A DNA stretch of 64,000 nucleotides from Perna viridis. Its lineage: Eukaryota. The notes below the pieces were generated by a model. That model was not told the DNA's origin. It did not search any database and saw nothing but the letters and a program-made list of their open reading frames with translations. The position numbers were made by a program, and so were the translations under genes. Position 1 is the first letter of the stretch. Every line of letters starts with the position of its first letter. The stretch covers positions 49,513,626 through 49,577,625 of the forward strand of contig CM074516.1 in the NCBI GenBank assembly GCA_037379345.1, read 5' to 3'. Positions 41,401-53,400 of the stretch are shown here, one piece after another.

Positions 41401-44400
41401 CTATCCTCTCTTCCCAGACTGTGTCCTCAACTTAACACAGTTACACCTGCCTGGGCAAGTCATTTCTGGATGGGACAGATTAAAGATGTCACAAGTAAGT
41501 CCTTTTTGCTCTACCATACTGTGTCCTCAACTTAACACAGTCACGCCTACTTTGGCAAGTCACTTTTGGATGGGGGAAAGAGTAATCAAGGGAACCAAGG
41601 TTATAGCAGTAATCAAAAGAATGTAATCCAGGGACAAAGACAAGACATGGAAAATATCATTTGTATGAAATCAATCCTGTTTTTCTAGTGATACAGAATT
41701 ATAGACAAATTTATTTATTTCATCAAAGACATAATTATTAACATAGTGTTATTTTTATACAATGAAAGGCCTTAGATGATATTCTGAAAATTGATAAAGT
41801 AATATTGAAAGGTGATTCTTTACAGAGATATATCTTTGTGTATGGTCATTAAAGACCTGTTATTTTTCAGATATGGTACCAGTAAAGACTCCGGATTCAC
41901 CTTTGATCCTGCCATCCTCTAGGTTCTGTTTTGATACCTCATCATTCTTGTCTATTTGTACCTGTGATAGGTTGGCCAGGTGTACTGTTAACCCATGTCA
42001 ATCAGCTGTGTGTCAGGCCTACCCAGAGGCTGTATGTAGGATAGACCTTTGTAGAGAATGTAGGGCTGTGTGGTATCGAGATGGAAAAAAGGTCAACTGT
42101 AGGGATGATAGGGGTAGGTACTGCTTGGTGTCAGGTCTGCCTAGAGATTGTTTGTAGGATAGACCTGTGTAGGGAGTGTAGGACTGTGTGGTATCTAGAT
42201 GGAAGAAAGGTCAACTGTAGGGATGATAGGGGTAGATACTGCTTGGTGTCAAGTCCGTCTAGAGATTGTATGTAGGATAGACCTGTGTAGGGTGCGTAGG
42301 GCTGTGTGGTATCTAGGTGGGAGGAAGGTCAACTGTAGGGGTGATAGAGGTAGGTTTTTTTTGGTGTCAGGCCTACCTAGAGATTGTATGTAGGGTAAAG
42401 TCTGTAGGGAGGGTAGGGCCTTGTGGTTTCATACTTGGAGGAAGGCCAACTGTAGGGAAGATATATATAGGCCTTCTTAATGTGAGGTCTGCCCAGGGCT
42501 GTGTGTAGGGTAGACCTTTGTAGGGAATGTAAAGTCGTTTGGTATCTAGATGAGAGGAGGGTCACCTATGGATTTTTATAGGAAAAATTTGGTTCCACCA
42601 CTTAAATTTGTCAAATTGATTCAAACTAAATGTGAACAGGTCGAGACTAAATATCCTATAAACTTAAGATCAGAAGCTATGTCGAAGGTAAAGTTCCTAG
42701 TTACTAAAATTTTAAAGTTTTGTGTAGGGCCACATTGCTCACAGCTTTTGTTTGAACTGGCAATATAATATCTTGCTGTAAAATGATATTAATGTATATC
42801 AAGTTATTTTTTTCCCATACAGATTTTTGTCAACCCAGTCCTTGTTTAAATGGTGGCATCTGTACAGCCTCTATATGGACCAACGAGCCTCACCTGGTTA
42901 CATGTAGATGTCCACCTGGGTATGATGGACCTAGATGTCAACACAAAGCTGTGGAAGTCTGTACCCTATCAGTCAGTCATGGTAAATACATTGTAACATA
43001 GTCTCTCTATTTTCTTCAATGATTGAGGAACTTTGCTCTCCTAGTGTCAAAATTAAATTGTGCTTCAGGTAAGGTTAATATTCAGTTATGCCACAAGTAC
43101 AATTGGTATATTATTGTGCTACTGGTATGATTGGTATATTAGTGTGCTCTAGGTACAGTTGGTATTTTATTGTGCTACAGGTATAGTTTATATTTCATTG
43201 TGTTACAGGCATGATCAGTTTATTTTTGTGCTTCAGGTTTGTTTGATATTTAATTGTGCTCAGTTGCAGTTGGTACTTCATTGTTTTTAGGTACCTGCAC
43301 CCAGAGGTTATCAAGATGGTATTACAACTACAGAACTCAGCGATGTGAAGAATTCATCTTTACAGGATGTAATGGTAACTCTAACAACTTTCCTGATTAT
43401 GACTCTTGTCAGTCACGTTGTATGGAAGGAGCCTGTTGTTATAGATATCCTATATTCAGAAACAGGATTGCTGGCTATGATGAAAAGGGCTATGACAGGT
43501 ACTATAATTGATTTAATAAGTATTACCTTAACTTCTATCATCTTGTTTCTGGGTATCTGGGTAATATCTCCACTGATCATTGGCAATATCTCTACTATTT
43601 CTGGGTTATATTCCCACTGTTTCTGGGTTATACCTCCAGTGTTTCTGGGTTATATCTCCAGTGTTTCTGGATAATATATCCACTGTTTTTGGCTAGTATC
43701 TCCACTGTTTCTGGGAAAAATATCCACTGTTTCTGGGTGATATAACCACTGTTTCTGGATAATGTATCCACTGTTTCTGGGTTATATCTCCACTGTTTCT
43801 GGTTAATATCTCCACTGCTTCTTGGTAGTATATCCACTGTTTAAGGTTTAAATCTCTTCTGTTTCTGGGTAGTATATCTACTGTTTCTGGGTTATATCTC
43901 CACTGTTTAAGGTAGTATCCCCACTCTTTCTGGGTTATATCTCCACTCTTTCTGATTTATATCTCCACTGTTTTAGGTAGTTTCTTCACTCTTTCTGGGT
44001 TATATCTCCACTGTTTTAGGTAGTGTCACCACTCTTTCTGAGTTACATCTCCATGGCTTCTAGGTTATATCTCCACTATTTCTGGTTTATTTCTCCAGTG
44101 TTTCTGTGTAATATATCCACTGTTTCTTTGTAATATCTCCAATATTTGTGGGTAATATCTCCCCTATTTCTGGGTAATGTCTCCTCTGTTTTTTTGGTAA
44201 TATCTCCTGTTTTTTTTGTGTTTATTTTTGGTAAAATCTCCAACATTTCTGGTTTATATCTCCACTCTTTCTTGTTAATATCTCCACTGTTTGCTTATTT
44301 GTAGTCTCAGTATTGGATTTATTTAGAGTTTCACATCTCTTCTTTACATTTAGGAAGATATATATTTATTATTACCAAGACAAGCGTCAGGTAGGGGGTC

Positions 44401-47400
44401 CAAATCATGAATGGCTTTAAATCATTTTGTCAGAAATGACATTTAATTAGGAAGTGATTGTTAGATCTTTAAAGGTAGGCACTGAGAGCTGTTCTATGAA
44501 TTCTAGATCTTTAAAGGTAGGCACCGAGAGTTGTTCTATGAAGTCTTGCATTTTCAAGTTGGTTGACATCACCAGTAACAGCACAACAAAACTATTATTT
44601 GAGTACAAATAGTTGTTCCTCAAAGCCTTAAATCAAATTATATGTGTATTTAATGTAAGCTTTGTATTAATGATATGAACATTTGTTTATGATATAAATG
44701 TAAAGGTAAGTTAAAGCCATTATATGTTTATATTTTCACTGTAGATATGGATTTACATTGGGTGGTGTCAACAAAAGGAAAGAGAATAGAACTTACAATA
44801 ACAGTCTGTGGACAGGGAACCAGATTTATAACCGAAATGGTTTTGACAGACAAGGTACTCTGTATAATTGTATTCTACCTATATAATATTACTTGCTAAT
44901 TTTTTTTCTCTTCAACTAATTTTTATATTTATTGATTTAATTTAAATTTCCATTCAAGGGATAATTAATAATCATTGGTAATGTTAAATTGAATCCACAG
45001 TTTGATTCTTATATAATTCTATATTCATAATGAGTATTTTTATAAACCTTGAAACTCATGAGTGGAAATATTGAAATTTTTGTCAGGAATTTAGACCTCA
45101 GAACTAGAGGCTTTTAAATCATAATATTTTTTATATGACCCCCAAACAAATTGCTGTATATTGGTATGGCGCTGGCTCTGTGGTCCGTGTTGTTGTCAAT
45201 TATAGACACTTGGTTTTCTTGCGATTACTTGACTATTAGTTGGTTGATCTTTGAAAAAAATTTAACAGGGTTTCAAACCACAAAAGGAAGATTGGTATAG
45301 ATTTTGGGTGCTATAGCCCCAACCACTTAGAAATAAGGGGCATGAGCGGCCTTAAACAAGCATTTCATAGAGCTGAACTATTAAACTCCAGTAAAAGTAT
45401 AGGAATGTCTAGGCTAAAAACCACTAATTCCACTTCCCATAGGCTTCTATGCTAATTTCACAATATTCAATGGCTTCTCTGGACTTTACCTTAACTTTAA
45501 CCTGCAGATGACTATATATCAGCATGACTCTACATATGTCAGCTCACAATCCTCAGAATGGCATGTGGGGTTAGCAGACTTGCAGTGCAGTACTGGTCAC
45601 CGGAAGTGAAGGGTCTATAAATAGCATGGGAAATCCCAGTGTTTTCACAAGATAGGGGTACATTTAAAAATCATTATGGAGATTAGGCTTCACATCACAA
45701 GAAGCAAAATGCACCTATAAAATGTACAGAAATGTTTTTCCTTTCAGAAACTGTTTAAATTTTTTAAATAAGATGAGAACTTTTTTCACAGCACTATGAG
45801 GAACAGGGGTAATTTCTGCGTAGGACTATTTTTGCGTACGTTCCAAATGCTCATTGGTTGAATTGGTGGTCTGTAACCTAAATCTATGGTATTGTTTCAC
45901 AATTATCTATACCACAATGATCAGAGTTGAATTGATTTTTGGATAAAAACTAGAATGTTTTAGAAACTAAGGGCCAAAAAGGGGGTAAGAAAAATACATT
46001 TTCCAGATGTTTAGACAATATCCTGTTTATTTTTGGTCCGAATTTTTTTTATTGAATTCATTATGAAAGTCCTTGCCTGGACCTCTGAAATCAGATTTCA
46101 GATATCTCCTACAGTTTTCGAGTTATATAGGATCAAAGGAGCCACATCCTGACATATTAAATTTTTAATTTTTGGTCTGATTTCTAAATTATTGCATTCC
46201 GTATGAAATTCCCTGCCTGCATTTGTCAATCAGACTAGGTATCTCTTACTGTTTTCAAGTTCAGGGGTCACACCCCAGTAAATTGACTTTTAAATTTTTT
46301 GTCTGATTTTGAAAAGTTTTAATTTAATTTTAAATTTTGTGCTATGTTGTGTCCAAACCAGTTGTTATGTCCATGATGAATTGTAAGTCCCTATGTTTAA
46401 GTGTGTCAAAAACTAATATTGTGTCCACATTTGCCCAAACTTTCAGGCAAAGCGAAAACTGCTGTTGTATCATGCTGCACTCCTTGAAACTATTAATGTT
46501 TTTCAGTTGCACCATATGTTTTTACTGTAATATTCTGAATGAAAATGAAAAATGTTTCAATGCAGTTTGATCTCCTGAGAGAGTTTAACTTCCTTTCGAG
46601 GGATGTGACGATCCCAGTGGGAGGTTCAATTATATGTTGAAAATCTATTGATGTCTACTTAAATTTCAGGTACCTACATTTAGGTTCAGTTTAAACAATT
46701 TTTTTCTGATATCTGATTTTCAGGTTTTGATAGAGATGGCTATAATAGACATGGACAGGACAGACAGGGATATGACAGAGCTGGGTTTGATACTAGTGGA
46801 TATGATGTGTTAGGCTATAATAGACATGGAGAATATGATGGCAATGTAGAATATGGCAATGATGGTTATAATGTAGAAGGCTTCAACAGGTAATATTTAC
46901 TAATAAAATAATAAGCTCCATTTATCTAACCAACATAACAATGGCCAATCAATTGTTTAAACTTATACATAATAAGTATGAGAATTTTTTAAAAAGTACA
47001 ATGTATTTAACTATACATGTAAGAGAGTAGGCATGCATGTATTAATGTTGACTTTTTACTTTCGTGTCTTTTTGTATATATATGACTAAGTCCCTGTTCA
47101 AGTTATTTTATTTTGTTGTTTTAACAGTTGTGTTATTTGTTTTCAGGGCTGGATATAATTGCCATGGTAACAATAGGAGGGGATATGATATATTTGGACT
47201 ATCACATGGTTACAATCATAAGTGTAGATCTTTGACCTTAAGTCAGTGTCAGTCAATAGAATTAAAGAAGAGCCATCTAGTTGTGACCTTCAGCCAAGGT
47301 CGAAAATGTGAAGATGTTGATTGTGGTGAGTCATGTGGATGTAGCTATGGAAACAGTACATATAAAATTGGGTCAAAAGTCAATTTAGGATGTCAGGAAT

Positions 47401-50400
47401 GTGTTTGTGATAGTAAAGGAGTATTGAGATGTTCATGCCAGACTTTAAGCAAAAGGAAGGAAATAAGAGAACTATCTGACTTTGACCTTAGAAAGTATCA
47501 AAATAATATCAGAAGACTGGCTATGGAAACAGGATGCCCTTCACGATGGTTTAACATTGCTAGAATGTATGCAGATCATAAACCACAAGCTGTTGGAAGT
47601 GATGCCTTTTTACCTTGGCATAGGTACTTCCTGCGATATGTAGAGAGAGAAATACAGCGGTATGATTGTGATATCACAATACCATATTATGACTGGACAA
47701 TAGATGCTGGTAGTCCTGATAAATCTATTGTTTGGTCTAACAAATATTTTGGAGGGAATGGTGATGATACAACTGGATGTATACCATCTCATCCGTTCAA
47801 GGGACATAACTCTGCCTATTGGATCCCTTGTCTAAGGAGACAGTTTAGTAAGAATATAAATCTTCCTGATGCTGTTAATTTACAATTAGCTCTGAATGAC
47901 CCTTCATACACAAACTTCAGATTACACATGGAAGTTGCATCTCAGTTGTTCCATTCTTGGGTTGGAGGTCACATGGGGTCAGATTTAGCACCATTTGATC
48001 CTGTTTTCTTGTCTCATATAGCTTTCATAGACAAAATATGGGACAGCTGGCAGAAGAAGCATGCTGATGGATATTTATCCTACCCCAGCCAATTGAGATA
48101 TTCACCAATGTCCCCATTCCATGCCTCACCAGATGATGTTCTGGAATCAGAGGAACAGATGTGTGTTCAGTATGTTCCACTGACAGAAGGTTTACTGTGC
48201 AATGTTAGAATTCCTGTCTATGGTTATGATCAATATGGCTATGATCGCCATGGATACGATCGTGAGGGTTATGACAAAGATGGCTATGACATCAGAGGAT
48301 ATGATAGGTCAGGAAACATGGACACCCGGGGTATTTTTAGTGTGGATGGTTATGATAAGGAAGGTTATAACAGACAAGGGTTCGATAGAAATGGCTTTGA
48401 TAGGTTTGGATTTTACATTGACATGTACAATTTGGATGGTTTTGATGCTAGTGGTTTAGACAAGTGGGGCTTTGATAGATATGGTTTTGATATGAATGGT
48501 ATGACACCTTTTGGATTCAACAGGAATGGTACTTGGACAATTGATGGTTACAAACGTTTGTTTGACTCTGCAGGCTTCAATCGCTATGGTTACAATGTGT
48601 ATGGATTTAATCGTGAGGGATATGATATGTTTGGCTTTAATTCAAAAGGTTTTGACTTCAAAGGTTGTAACAACTATTACATAGGTCCTATGTATGTAAT
48701 CATCAAACGATGGGCTGAAGTGGAACTTGATAAAAAAGATGATGCCACCATACGAGTAATAGTTCGTATTTGTCCAGCTGTTACCACCTATCCATCATGG
48801 AGGTATACTACTAACTGGTTACGTAGAGGAGACCAGGTTGTCCTGATAGAGAAGTTACAAGAAGAACAAGCAAGGAGACATCAGGTCGACTTGAACTATA
48901 TGCCAAGAGAATCGAGTGTAACTGATGAGAGACTCTGGTTACCTATAGAACCAGATAAAAGGTATATGTAACTAGTTAATGGTATTGTTTCCCTTTGTAT
49001 TTACATTGAATTTATTCAATTAAGTTTATTTTTTCCAGAAACAATAATCTAATAAGTCATTTACTACATAAAATTATATATATAATGCCACACAAACAGT
49101 ATTCCATGTTAATGAAGGAAATATCTACTTTCAGGTTATGTTTTATCACCTACTACTTTTCTAAGTGTCCATTAGGTAGATACCCAGTGACATGTGCTGA
49201 GAACATATGTCAAAGAAGACAATGTCCAGGTAAGTGGACACTTAATAGTCAATGTAACAGTCTGTTAGCCTTCCTATGGAAAGTCATTACGGTATGTGGC
49301 AAATATTAGTCTGTTAGTCTTCAATGTGTTAATCACTACACTTTTTTGGTGAATGTTACAGTCTGGAAGTCTTTCTAAAGCATATCATTACACTATGTGG
49401 CAAATGTTACAATCTCTAAGTCTTCCTAAAGCATGTCATTACACTGAGTGGTGAATGTCACAGTCTCTAAGTTTTCCTAAATCAAGTCATTACACTAAGT
49501 GGTGAATGTTTCAATCTCTAAGTCTTCCTAAAGCATGTCGTAACATTAAGTGACAAATGTTACAGTCTCAAAGTCTTCCTAAAGCATATCATTACACTGA
49601 GTGGACAATGTTACAGTCTCTAAGTCTTTCTCAAGCATGTCATTACACTGAGTGGTGAATATTACAGTCATGTTATCATATGTGGCACTTTTGATTGTTT
49701 ATGGTAAAGACAAATATTTAGGCAAGAATTTTTTTGGTGAAAATGAAATTTAATGGTAAGGAATTTATATTTAATAAATCCAGATATCCTAGAAATAAAT
49801 ACAGTGAATGATGTAATAAATTTTATTTTATGCTACAGGAATTCCTGATGCTGTATGTAGAATAAATACATGTGGAAGTTGTTCATTGGAGTGGTACAAT
49901 GTACAGACTGGTAATACTGTACAGTGCAGTGGTGAGTATATATAAAAAGATAATTATTTAAAAAGTGTGAATAATCAAAATGTGATCATGAGTGTTAAAG
50001 AATGGCTAGATTTAATGTGTTTGCAGAACATGTTCCACAGACAAGTTAAATCTTCCAGCATTCTTGGCATGAGTAATTATAATTTGGTTACTCACAATAA
50101 CCAGTTGATTGTCCCAACTCACAACAACCAGTTGATTGTCCCAACTCACCATAACCAGTTGATTGTTCCAACTCACTATGTACAGTTGATTGTTCCAACT
50201 CACCATGACGAGTTGATTGTACCAACTCACCATAACCAGTTGATTGTTCCAACTCACTATGTACAGTTGATTGTTCCAACTCACCATGACCAGTTGATTG
50301 TCCCAATTCACCATGACCAGTTGATTGTACCAACTCAACATGACCAGTTGATTGTCCCAATTCACCATGACCAGTTGATTGTACCAACTCAACATGACCA

Positions 50401-53400
50401 GTTGATTGTCCCAATTCACCATGACCAGTTGATTGTACCAACTCACCATAACCAGTTGATTGTCCCAACTCACAACAACCAGTTGATTGTTCCAACTCAC
50501 CATGACCAGTTGATTGTCCCAACTCACCATGACCAGTTGATTGTCCCAACTCACCATAACAAGTTGATTGTACCAATTATTATATAGATTCTCTCCATAA
50601 TTTGTTGCTGTATTTCACAATTAAAAATGAAAAATTTTGTGATCAATGTATTGATATTATTATTGTGATTCTTTTGGAAGGAGAAAGTTCAAGAGTGAAA
50701 TTACCAAATGTATTCCACTGTGTATTATTGAAAGTTTTTACACCAGGGACATTCGATAAATCATTGCTGCTTTTATAATAAATTGTTTTACAGCTAGTAT
50801 GTACACTGTTTAATTGAACTTTCATAAACAAACAGTATCTTGAATTGAGAATTTTGACAGAAATTAAATTAAAGGGTAAGATATAATAAGATTTATCCTG
50901 AACCAATATCATTTTGAAAAAAAAAAATTAAAAAGGGTACTGTGAATTATCAAGATATTTTTAGAAATGGAACATTTGATAAATCACTGATCTATAAAAA
51001 AATATTTGAATATAAAAATTGATCTCCATTAAGAACTTAATTTACCTGGATGATTTTATCTTATTTAAGCTGATATGAATGGTCACTTCAGTCACAAAAA
51101 AGAAATGTTGGGTCACTATAATGTAAATATTTATTTTAAAATAGGGGTCATTGAGAATTTGTTTATTTACAGGCTGTGTAGATGATCAAGGTGTAGATCA
51201 TATAGAAGGATCTTCATGGAGAACATCTCCTTGTCAAACATGTCAATGTCTGGTAACTATCAAATTTATTGTGTGATTTTACATTTATGAATTCGATTTT
51301 AATTTTGTGAAGTTAAATATAAAAATTGTGGTGAATTAGGATGAAAATAGAACCAGGAATGTTTTCCACAGTAATGAAATCTTCAAGGGTTTTATATTGA
51401 TGGGATAATTAATTTGAAAGAGTGAATAACCAAAGTATTATCACGAGTGTTGAAGAGTGCCTAAATTTAATGAGAGGGTGTGGAACTTGATCCGCGCACT
51501 AATTAAATCCTCAAGTGTTCTTGACAGAAGTGGTCATATTTTGGTTATTCATGATAACCAATTAATTATCCTATTTATTTTATAGATTTTTTTCATAATA
51601 CGGTGTGTATATTGATATTTTCAACATGGATTGGCAGATTGATATCAATGTTGTGACGTTTTGGCGGGAGAAAGTCAGAGAGTGATATTACCAAATTTAT
51701 TTCAGTGTAAATTATCAAAATTTATTTGATAAAACACTGCTATCTATATAATAATACTGCATACTCCATATCTGTCTGTTTCTTACTCAATCTTTTCATT
51801 CCTTCACAATTCTGTAATTGATTTCTCAGGATAAAATGATTCCATATTTTAGTTACCATTTCAGCAGTTTGATTTGTACTGTGTCTCCCTTTTTAGTTTT
51901 CCTGCAAACTCTGTTTAACTTGAAACCAAGATTTTCTTTCCAGTTTTTAATGTATTAAGTGTCAGTCTGTAAGAATCAGGCATAGGGTGAACCATTCATT
52001 GAACTACAATATTTTATAATTCATAATCATGTATTCACTATTACAGAACAGTATGATTACATGTGCAAAGAAAGTATGTGACTCTCCCAGATGTCGATAC
52101 CCTATACAGAGTCCTGGACAATGTTGTCCTACTTGTGAAGGTAAGTATGTGACCCTCCCTGGTGTTGGTAGTACCCTATACAGAGTTCTGGAGAATACTG
52201 TTCTACTTGTGAAGGTAAGTGTGTGACTCTCCCAGATGTAGGTACCCTATACAGAGTCCTGGACAATATTGTCCTACTTGTGAAGGTAAGTGTGTGACCC
52301 TCCCTGGTGTTGGTGGTACCCCAAAGGAGTTCTGGACAATATTGTCCTACTTGTGAAGGTAAGTGTGTGACCCTCCCTGGTGTAGGTGGTACCCCAAAGG
52401 AGTTCTGGACAATGTTGTCCTACTTGTGAAGGTAAGGTTTACTGGTCTTGGATCATTATCAAACTCTTAACCTTCTCATTGGAATACTTGAAAGCAAGTT
52501 ATTATTAAGAAGTTCATATGCTACAATAACACTGATTGTAAAAACTGTTCATGAAATTTTGCATGTAGACTAATTTCTGTAGACTTTTTTTTTAGCAAAA
52601 TGGGTATTGTCCTATTTTCACCTGGTAGGTAAATAGCAACCTAAATACTTCTAATTTACCTCTGTTAAAAGATTTACATTTACTCAAAGTTTTATGCAAG
52701 AAATCTGTACTCTTGATTCATAGATTTAAAAAAAAACATTTTTATTCCTAGGAGGTTGTTTTTATGACGGAAGAATTTACATAACAGGAAGTACATTTGT
52801 ACAAAGGAACGATCGTTGTCAGAAGTGTATGTGTGATCAAGGTGAAGTAACATGCCAGAGAAAGCCATGTCCTGATATTGGCCGATGTAGAACTCCAATA
52901 ACTTTAGAGGGGAAATGTTGTCCTACATGTATGGATTGTGGTAACCGTGCCAATGGAACAAGATGGAGAGATAGTCCATGCCAGCACTGTAGCTGTGTTG
53001 TATGTTTAATTTGGTTTACCATACTTACCTTTGAATAAAAAAGCCACATTAAAATTAATAGTGAAGCGATAAAATGTTTACATGTACAGGTAAAATGATT
53101 CTAATGATAAAATCATATGAGAAATAACAATAGATAAAACTGTTAATACATGTTGAATGTTTTTTACCATATTGAACATTTCTCTTTTGTTTACAGAATG
53201 GACAAGAACAGTGCCATACCATCAGATGTGGTTATCCAGATTGTTCTAATCCTCATATACCACCAGGGGAATGTTGTCCTGTCTGTGAATGTAAGTATCA
53301 TACCACCAGGGGAATGACCATCTGGTGGATGTTGCCCTATAAATGAATGTAATTTACATTGATCATAAAAGATTCTCTAATTTGTGAAAAAGTAATCAAG

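Noticed and set aside
42081-42508. Extra Cys-rich exons (CRIDLCR copies) after exon 13, and similar copies after exon 22
   Set aside because: Frameshifting, decaying duplicates with no acceptor of their own.
39518-48961. Hemocyanin call (multiple type-3 copper units in a mollusc)
   Set aside because: Only two units, copper ligands missing, no hemocyanin beta-sandwich domain, unrelated flanking modules.
49967-50587. 206-aa His-rich ORF (PTHHDQLIV repeats), tempting as a metal-binding protein near tyrosinase
   Set aside because: 33-bp minisatellite open in several frames on both strands; exons 20 and 21 join in phase without it.
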